Position numbers and translations under genes: made by a program. Under the pieces are notes generated by a model. The model did no database searches. It had not been told where the DNA came from and was given only the letters and a program-made list of their open reading frames with translations. Of a stretch of DNA of 64,000 nucleotides, positions 57,341 through 64,000 are shown in pieces. Within the stretch, counting starts at the first letter, position 1, and the number at the start of each line of letters is the position of its first letter. Origin of the DNA: Bacilli bacterium (GTDB lineage Bacteria; Bacillota_I; Bacilli_A; RF39; UBA660); assembly GCA_017541885.1 (NCBI GenBank), contig JAFXYF010000005.1, positions 7,835-71,834 of the forward strand, read 5' to 3'.

Positions 57341-58504
57341 ATGTACATTAGAGAAGACGGAGTTATTATATCAGGACAATTCTTTTCAAAAGATTTATTT
57401 AAGTATTTATTAACACACTTTAAAGAGGCTTTCTCACATTCTAGTTTAACTATTGAGAAAGCATTTAAAGAACTAGATGATTTTGATTTAGCTTTAACTA
57501 ATAGTATGGATGATAAGTCTCATAAGTATTTTATGCTTTTAAACTATAAAGAAAAACGTGATGTTTTATATTTACTTCATCAAATTATTGTATATAGAGG
57601 ATCTAAATATGGAGTTTTTTCTGAACCATTAAAGGGTACTAAAAAACAAACTGAGGAGTTATATCAAAAATACTTTTCTTACTTTGATCCATATCTTTCT
57701 TATTACATAGTTTTTTCTAAAAAAGGAGTAGTTAATAAGAAAAAGACATTCCAAAAAGTTGGAGAATTGTTTGTTAATTTACCTCAAAAAGAAGCTGCTT
57801 ATAAGAAAGCTTATAATATGCAAAAAGATCATATGGATGCTTTTGATTATGCAGTGGAAAAAGAAAAGATTGGTCTTAGTGAGACTATTAGAATTAATGA
57901 AATTGTTAATAATAGTGATGAAGATACTATACCTGGATATAAGAAATTTAATAACTGTATTTTAGGTGCTAAATTTGATACTACTGATAGACTTGATGTT
58001 CCTTTTGAAATGCAAAACTTATATAATGATTATGATCATGATTTTGATCTAGAATTATTAGATCCTACTGAACCTGGAATTACAAATGAAGAACGTTATA
58101 ATAGAACTTGTGAGATATTTAAAAAAGAAGCTTTATTCCACATTCGTTTTATACGTATCCATCCATTTGGAGATGGTAATGGAAGAACTGGTAGAATTAT
58201 ATTAAATCAACATTTATTAAAACAGAAACTTGCACCGGTAATGATTTCTAATGTTATGAGTGATGATTATCGTAGATGTATTAATGAATTTGATGTTGAT
58301 GGACTTGCTAAACTATTTTTAATGAGTTCTTCATTACAACTTGCTAACTGGGTATCTATGAAGAAGTCTCATCCTACTATTCACAAAAAGGATTTAGCTA
58401 TTAAGAATAGTACTATGGCTCATCTTTTAGGATATTATGATAATGATATTTATAATAAAGAGAAGAAGAGTTTTTCTGAAATAGGTAGAACTTACTTATA
58501 TTAG
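57341..58504 (+). CDS. Fic-domain protein (putative AMPylase) with an uncharacterised N-terminal region
   Basis: The canonical Fic motif HPFGDGNGRTGR, matching HxFx(D/E)GNGRxxR, lies in the C-terminal third. The roughly 270-aa N-terminal part has no motif I recognise. Start at ATG 57341. Confidence 0.85.
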   Translation: MYIREDGVIISGQFFSKDLFKYLLTHFKEAFSHSSLTIEKAFKELDDFDLALTNSMDDKSHKYFMLLNYKEKRDVLYLLHQIIVYRGSKYGVFSEPLKGTKKQTEELYQKYFSYFDPYLSYYIVFSKKGVVNKKKTFQKVGELFVNLPQKEAAYKKAYNMQKDHMDAFDYAVEKEKIGLSETIRINEIVNNSDEDTIPGYKKFNNCILGAKFDTTDRLDVPFEMQNLYNDYDHDFDLELLDPTEPGITNEERYNRTCEIFKKEALFHIRFIRIHPFGDGNGRTGRIILNQHLLKQKLAPVMISNVMSDDYRRCINEFDVDGLAKLFLMSSSLQLANWVSMKKSHPTIHKKDLAIKNSTMAHLLGYYDNDIYNKEKKSFSEIGRTYLY

Positions 58505-58560
58505 AAGATTATTCTTCTTTTTTTTTACTTTTTTATTGATATTATTTTTATGGTGATTTT

Positions 58561-58737
58561 ATGAAAGTAAAAATATTTGATGAAGAAGATGAACTTGATT
58601 TAGAAAATGATATTAATGAGTTTATTGAAGATTCTTCTATTGAAGTTATGGAGATTCAATATAGGGTTGGGGTTGGTATATTTAGTGAAGAACAGATATT
58701 TTGTTTTTCGGCTTTAATTGTTTATCAAATTCATTAA
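58561..58737 (+). CDS. Cse60-like small sporulation protein
   Basis: 58 aa, below the track cut-off: MKVKIFDEEDELDLENDINEFIEDSSIEVMEIQYRVGVGIFSEEQIFCFSALIVYQIH. This pattern (KxFDEE..E.DLE...N.F......I......Q..CFSA.I.Y) matches my recollection of the Cse60 family. Confidence 0.5.
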   Translation: MKVKIFDEEDELDLENDINEFIEDSSIEVMEIQYRVGVGIFSEEQIFCFSALIVYQIH

Positions 58738-58786
58738 CTATTAAAATATTCTTTTTTGTGTTATTATGATGGTATGGAGGAATAAT

Positions 58787-60439
58787 ATGAAGAAGGATGT
58801 AACGATGCGTAAAAATACATTTGTTAAAGGTGCATTTATTACTACTATTGGTATTGTTTTAACAAAGATACTGGGAATTCTTTATGTAATTCCTTTTCAT
58901 GCAATTATTGGAGAAGAGGGTGGAGCTTTATACGGTTATGCTTACACTATATATTTGTTCTTTGTATCTTTTTCTTCTGCAGGAGTACCTTTAGCAATTT
59001 CTAAAATAGTTTCTGAGTATCAGACTTTAGGATATAGGAATGCAAAGAAAAAATCTTTTGCTTTGGGTAAAATGTTATCTGTAGTAATTGGTATTATTTG
59101 TTTCTTTTTAATATTCTTGAGTGCTCCAATTTTAGCTAAATTTATACTTGGAGATGTATCTGGAGGAAATAGTGTAGAGGATGTTACTCTTGTCATTAGA
59201 GTTATATCTAGTGCTATACTTGTAGGGCCTATTTTAAGCGTATATAGAGGTTATTTTGAAGGACATAGAATAATGAGCCCTCCATCTATTTCTCAAGTCT
59301 TAGAACAGCTTTTTAGGGTCTTAATAATTATATTTGGTAGTTTAATTACTTTAAAAGTATTTAATATGAATTTATCTACTGTTGTTAGTGTTGCTCTTTT
59401 TGGAGCAACAGTAGGAGCATTTATTTCATACTTTTATTTACTTGATAAATATTTAAAAAATAAAAGTAGATTTAATGAGAAGACTAGTGATGTATCTGAA
59501 CCTAAAATTACTAGTAAAGAGATATTACGTAAGATAATTGTTTATGCAATACCATTTATTATGATTGATGTATTTAAATCTATCTATAATTATGTAGATA
59601 TGTTTAGTGTAGTAAAGGGTCTTGTTAAATACGCAGAATATAGTGCAGTAGATGCAGAGACAGTTTATAGTATGTTATCTACTTGGGCTCAAAAATTTAA
59701 TATGATCATATCTGCAGTATCTACTGGAATTATTGTTAGTTTAATTCCTAATTTAACTGAGAGTATTGTAAAAAAAGATAAAGAAGAGATTAATAAAAAA
59801 ATAGGTTTATCTATTAGTATGCTTTTATATCTAATTATTCCTATTACTTTTGGTATTTGTTTCTTATCTAAAGCTATTTGGACATTATTCTATGGAGAGA
59901 GTTTATATGGTCCGAGTGTTTTAAGTTACTATATCTTTGTTGGATTATTTATTTCTATATTTACTACTGTAATTACTATTCTTCAAACTTTAAAAGATTA
60001 TAAAAATGTATTTTATTGTTTACTTGTTTGAGTATTAATTAAAATAATTCTAAATTATAGTTTACTTAGAACTTGTTTAAGTATTGGACTTCCTCCATAC
60101 TATGGATTTATTACTGCGACTATTTTAGGATACTTAGTTTCTTTAGTTATGTGTTTATTAGTATTACATTATAAATATGAAGTATCTTTTGAATTAGTAT
60201 TAAAGAGATTTGTAGATATTTTAGTTGGATCATTTTTAATGATATTATTATTAATTGCGATTCATTATATTGTTCCTGTTTGGTCTACTAGAAGATTAAT
60301 TAATTTAATTATTATTATATTCTACGGAGTAGTTGGTGCTTTATTCTATTTCTTCTATGCGAATAAAGCTCGTTTAACTAAAGATATATTTGGTGGAAAC
60401 TTTATTAAGAGTATACTTAGAGTATTTGTAAAAAAATAA
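58787..60439 (+). pseudogene. MurJ/YtgP/SpoVB-type MOP-superfamily flippase interrupted by one in-frame TGA
   Basis: The two track ORFs (58766-60031 and 60149-60439) are in the same frame, and the stretch between them is open apart from the TGA at 60029-60031. The joined product of about 550 aa is polytopic. Its N-terminus (KGAFITTIGIVLTKILGILYVIPF) is typical of this family. Confidence 0.7.
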
Positions 60440-60463
60440 AAGAGATCATTTGATCTCTTTTTC
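60434..60463. terminator. bidirectional terminator
   Basis: AAAGAGATCA-TT-TGATCTCTTT between convergent genes. Confidence 0.75.
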
Positions 60464-61768
60464 ATTGCTTAATTCTTCGTTTAATTCTTTTTTGCTTTTT
60501 CTTCTGATAATCTTTCTATAAATTGGAACTAGTTTTGTAAAGACAAAGTAGAATAATGGATCAGTAACATAATCCCATTCTCCTATAAACTCTACATAAT
60601 CTCCACCAAATTTCTTTTTGAATTCATGTAATCCTAATCTAGGATTATTTTTAGATAGGTCTCCTATTGTTCCAAATTGGTCATAGATTTCTATACCTTT
60701 TTCTTTACAATACTTTAAGTGTTCATAATATGTTTTATAGTTAACATATGTTTCAGATAGAATATTATGATTACCTGCATATAATACCCATGCTTTATTA
60801 CCATATTCTATAATCATATGAGCACTTAGTGTTATTTCGTTACCGTGCTCTTTTCTAGCTTCTTTAAATTTATCCATTTCTGTTTGGATATTTTCTTTTT
60901 GCTTTGTAAGTTCTGCAAGTTTTGCTTTTGCACTTTTACTTAGATTATCAATTGGTAGAATAGATATTTGATTATTAACAGTTTTTAGATTATTTTCTAA
61001 AGCTTTTAGAGTTTTCTCAATATTAATCTTTCCTAAGAATAGAGTTGCTTTAGAAGAATCATTACCATTAAATATTTCATATAGTGTTTCATAATAGTCT
61101 TCATTATATGAAATAAAATCTTTTCTAGATTCAGTTAATTGCATTAAATGATAAAAGTCTTTAATATCATCTTTATTACCAATAGTTACTTCTGTATCTA
61201 ATTTTTCTGCTTTAGCTATTCTTTGCTTTGTTGTTTTAGAGAAGTGTTCTTCTATTTCTTCCATTGTTTGATTTAGATCTATTCTAAATGTATATCTAGG
61301 TTGCATTGTTTCAAAGTTTTTTGTAAAACCTTGATGTTTAAATCCAGATTGTTTTAGAGTTTGAAAAATTGACTCATAATCAGGATTTACTGTTTCTTCA
61401 CCTAAATAATTAGTACTTTGTTTAATTAGATCAGGATCAATCTTTACAAAGATTGCTTTTTTACTTTTAGCAAATTCGGCTACCTTTTTTGTCATTTCTC
61501 TAACTAATTCTTTTTTCTTATAATCTATTACAAAACCTCTAGGAGCATAGAAATAACATTTATTCATTGGTAGTTTTTTCTCTAATAATAAAGTGGCAGC
61601 AACAAGCTCATCTTCATCATTAACAAGACCTAGATAGTATGGAGTAAGATTTTTCTTTGCTTTAGCAAATTCACCCCATGACAAAGATTGTAAAAAATGA
61701 GACTTAGTCTTATGATTTTTTACATATTCATCAAATCTTTCTTTTTCTATGTTTTTAAGTTTAAGCAT
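60446..61768 (-). CDS. FemAB-family peptidoglycan interpeptide-bridge aminoacyltransferase, second paralog
   Basis: 440 aa. N-terminus FDEYVKNHKTKSHFLQSLSWGEFAK...YAPRGFVIDY, a central coiled-coil arm and a C-terminal LHEFKKKFGG motif. It ends in TGA. Confidence 0.85.
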   Translation of the reverse strand: MLKLKNIEKERFDEYVKNHKTKSHFLQSLSWGEFAKAKKNLTPYYLGLVNDEDELVAATLLLEKKLPMNKCYFYAPRGFVIDYKKKELVREMTKKVAEFAKSKKAIFVKIDPDLIKQSTNYLGEETVNPDYESIFQTLKQSGFKHQGFTKNFETMQPRYTFRIDLNQTMEEIEEHFSKTTKQRIAKAEKLDTEVTIGNKDDIKDFYHLMQLTESRKDFISYNEDYYETLYEIFNGNDSSKATLFLGKINIEKTLKALENNLKTVNNQISILPIDNLSKSAKAKLAELTKQKENIQTEMDKFKEARKEHGNEITLSAHMIIEYGNKAWVLYAGNHNILSETYVNYKTYYEHLKYCKEKGIEIYDQFGTIGDLSKNNPRLGLHEFKKKFGGDYVEFIGEWDYVTDPLFYFVFTKLVPIYRKIIRRKSKKELNEELSNEKEIK

Positions 61769-61809
61769 TGCTGATACCTCTTTTCCATTATTAGTATAAC
61801 ATATAAGAC

Positions 61810-61977
61810 TTAGATGATGTAGTAATTATCGTCTTTTTCTAAATAGTTTTTTTCTTTCTTCTTTGTTAAATTCTCTAATTTGTTTTCGATACTCATTAAT
61901 TGTTCTTTTATGTGTTTTAATTCTTCTAAGATTTGATTATTTATAGGAGGAATTGAATTATAAAAATAAGGATTCAT
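61810..61977 (-). CDS. possible 55-aa hypothetical protein
   Basis: MNPYFYNSIPPINNQILEELKHIKEQLMSIENKLENLTKKKEKNYLEKDDNYYII. The RBS is weak and I recognise no homology. It fills an otherwise empty 280-nt gap upstream of the femAB paralog. Confidence 0.25.
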   Translation of the reverse strand: MNPYFYNSIPPINNQILEELKHIKEQLMSIENKLENLTKKKEKNYLEKDDNYYII

Positions 61978-62047
61978 AATATCACTTCTTTCTTCTTATT
62001 TTATGTGTTTTAATGATTTCTGTGATAAAATAAGTGTGGGTGGTAAT

Positions 62048-62677
62048 ATGCGTCTTAGAAATGTTAAAAATAAAGAAGAAATTATGAGTGCTTCTACTTC
62101 TTTAATACGTAATCCGATGGATTATAAGGGAAAATGGAGAGAGTACTTTGGAAATAATAATCCTATCTATGTAGAGATTGGTATGGGTAAGGGTAAGTTT
62201 ATTATTGAAAATGCTTTAACTCATCCAGAAATTAATTATATAGGTATTGAAAAATACGATAGTGTTATTGTGAAGGGTCTTCAAAAAATACCTGAAGGTT
62301 TAAATAACTTAGTAATGGTTAGAGGAGATGCTTATGAAATAGAAGAGATGTTTGATCATGAGATAGATTGCATCTACTTAAATTTTTCAGATCCTTGGCC
62401 TAAAAATAGACATCATTTAAGAAGATTATCTAGTAAAGTATTTTTAGAAAAGTATGAGTCTATTTTTAGGAATGAAAAGATTATTGAAATGAGAACTGAT
62501 AATAGAGAGTTATTTCAATACTCTTTGGTTAGTTTTAGTATGTTTAATTATGTTTTAGAAGAAGTATCTTTAGATTTACATAAAGATAATATGCCAGAGA
62601 TAACTACTGAATATGAAGATAAGTTTTCTAGTAAAGATATGCCAATATATTTTGTAAGGTGTACGAAAGGTGTCTAA
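62048..62677 (+). CDS. trmB: tRNA (guanine-N7)-methyltransferase
   Basis: About 209 aa with VEIGMGKGKF (the SAM-binding site) and FSDPWPKNRHHLRRL, typical of TrmB. Start at ATG 62048 after GGGTGG. Confidence 0.92.
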   Translation: MRLRNVKNKEEIMSASTSLIRNPMDYKGKWREYFGNNNPIYVEIGMGKGKFIIENALTHPEINYIGIEKYDSVIVKGLQKIPEGLNNLVMVRGDAYEIEEMFDHEIDCIYLNFSDPWPKNRHHLRRLSSKVFLEKYESIFRNEKIIEMRTDNRELFQYSLVSFSMFNYVLEEVSLDLHKDNMPEITTEYEDKFSSKDMPIYFVRCTKGV

Positions 62678-62751
62678 AACAAAGACAAATCACGTAAAAT
62701 ATTTTTACATTTGTAAAATTAATGATATAATGATATCAGAGTAGGTGAAAT

Positions 62752-63411
62752 ATGAAAAAGTTAATTGTTTTACTCTCTATTACTGTATTCTTAATTACTG
62801 GTTGTAGTGTTTATCAACTAGATTCAAAAGATTATGAAAAGAATATGGATTATTTACTATCACAGAAGTCTAATATTTATAATGTATATTATGATGGTTA
62901 TAAATATTATTTACCTAAAGGTGTAGCTTTTGTTAAAAAAGATGAATATAATGCCTTATTGGTTGATCAAAATAATAATAAATACTATTTGTATGTTGAT
63001 GCAATTAGTTATTATCATAAAGTTGAAAATGATTATAAAGAGAATAGTGATTCTTTCTATTCTAGATATTTGGAATATAACAAGAAGAATGGTTATATTC
63101 AAATAGATGAAATAGATGGGAAGTATTTTATTCAATTTGTTTATAATTATGTAAAGATTGAAGCATATGTACCAAAGAAGGATTTAATTTCTTCAATTAA
63201 TTATATGTGTTACATATTAAGATCTGTTAAATTTAATAATTCTGTACTAGATAGTTTAATTGGAGAGAATGTTTTAAATTATCAAGAAGAAGAATATAGT
63301 TTGTTTAAAGCTGATTCTACTAAGGAATCTTATATGGATGTAGCAAAAAGAAATGAGAATGAGGAATATTCTAAATATATAGAGGATGAGAAAATCAATT
63401 TAGACTATTAA
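62752..63411 (+). CDS. hypothetical lipoprotein
   Basis: 219 aa with lipobox FLITGC and a Tyr/Asn/Lys-rich mature part. I recognise no family. Confidence 0.55.
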   Translation: MKKLIVLLSITVFLITGCSVYQLDSKDYEKNMDYLLSQKSNIYNVYYDGYKYYLPKGVAFVKKDEYNALLVDQNNNKYYLYVDAISYYHKVENDYKENSDSFYSRYLEYNKKNGYIQIDEIDGKYFIQFVYNYVKIEAYVPKKDLISSINYMCYILRSVKFNNSVLDSLIGENVLNYQEEEYSLFKADSTKESYMDVAKRNENEEYSKYIEDEKINLDY

Positions 63412-63424
63412 AAGAGGTGAACTC

Positions 63425-64000
63425 ATGGGCGTATTAGATAAAATAAAAAATGCTCTTTTTGAGGTTGAATACGTTGAAGTAGAAGATAAACCTAAAAAAG
63501 AGAAGTTATTTAAGCATAAGGAAGAAAAAGAAGAAAAAGAAAATAAACCTATTGCGAAGAAGATTGTATTACCTGGAAAGAAAGAAGAAAAAGTAGAGGA
63601 AATACAAGAAGAAGAATTAAAAGATGAAGATTTTGAAATTAGACCTAAAGATGAAGTTATTAAAGAAGTATTTAGTGATGATTTTAATGTAATGGATGAT
63701 GATGTAGTTACTCCTCCAGTTGCTTTACCTGAAGAAATTGTTGAAGAAATTAATGCACCTGTTCCAGAGGAGAGAGTTGAGGAACCTGTTCCTGAACCTT
63801 ATCCTGTAGAACAACAACCAATATCTATGAGTGTTCAAGGACAATCTCCTATAGGACCTGCTTATCCAGAATCTGCTTACGCTAATAAGGATTATGTTCG
63901 TGAATATGATTCTTCTAAAGAAAAGGTAAATAATACAATTTCAAATATTTATAATGATTATCATGTTAAGACTCGTGAGAGTAGACCTTATGGTATGGAT
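63425..64000 (+). CDS. partial CDS (3' end outside the window), possibly SepF-like
   Basis: The frame is open from ATG 63425 (GAGGTGA RBS) to the window edge. The N-terminal amphipathic MGVLDKIKNALF resembles the SepF membrane-targeting helix. A long Glu/Lys/Pro-rich linker follows, and the diagnostic C-terminal domain is not in the window. Confidence 0.4.
   Translation, partial: MGVLDKIKNALFEVEYVEVEDKPKKEKLFKHKEEKEEKENKPIAKKIVLPGKKEEKVEEIQEEELKDEDFEIRPKDEVIKEVFSDDFNVMDDDVVTPPVALPEEIVEEINAPVPEERVEEPVPEPYPVEQQPISMSVQGQSPIGPAYPESAYANKDYVREYDSSKEKVNNTISNIYNDYHVKTRESRPYGMD

Noticed and set aside
60029-60031. Genome-wide reassignment of TGA (to Trp or Gly) as the explanation for the in-frame TGA in the flippase gene
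   Set aside because: Every other long conserved gene in the window is free of in-frame TGA. The femAB paralog ends at TGA (60446-60448), right at its terminator, and read-through would add a nonsense tail. TGA therefore appears to function as a stop here, although rarely.
1-64000. CRISPR arrays, IS elements, transposases, integrases, rRNA or tRNA genes
   Set aside because: I saw no regularly spaced direct repeats, no terminal inverted repeats flanking a transposase-like ORF, and no cloverleaf-type or rRNA-like GC-rich segments. The only structured RNAs I could support are the tmRNA and the two T-box leaders.

Overview
AT-rich (by eye about 30% GC) chromosomal segment from a low-GC Gram-positive bacterium (Bacillota). 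The gene content resembles Erysipelotrichia/Clostridia-like lineages, but I cannot assign a species. The standard genetic code applies. TAA is the dominant stop, TAG is common and TGA is rare. Most of the window is housekeeping: the str operon (rpsL-rpsG-fusA-tuf), murD-eno, T-box-controlled proS and leuS, secG-rnr-capA-like-smpB-ssrA (tmRNA), cdaA-cdaR, ctpA, fhs, NfeD/SPFH and trmB. There are also many cell-envelope genes: two FemAB-family transferases, a VanY-type carboxypeptidase, an NlpC/P60 hydrolase, and a MurJ/YtgP-like flippase split by one in-frame TGA. Three accessory blocks stand out. (1) A compact type VII secretion (T7SSb-like) locus at 11.3-20.1 kb has EssC, a YukD/EsaB-like gene and a six-gene array of small WXG100-like proteins. 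It has no recognisable EssB, EsaA or EssA, and carries a convergent membrane HExxH protein instead. (2) At 49.0-54.2 kb a terminator-promoter-gene unit is tandemly duplicated. It encodes two roughly 835-aa signal-anchored proteins with near-identical N- and C-terminal parts and a strongly diverged Tyr/Ser/Asn-rich middle built from Cys-pair repeats. (3) At 37.1-39.1 kb a thioester-domain (TQXA-type) adhesin with a non-canonical VPNTS sorting signal is translationally coupled to a small atypical sortase. I recognised no rRNA or tRNA genes, CRISPR arrays, transposases, integrases or prophage modules. All functional calls rest on motif and architecture recognition by eye; no database searches were run.
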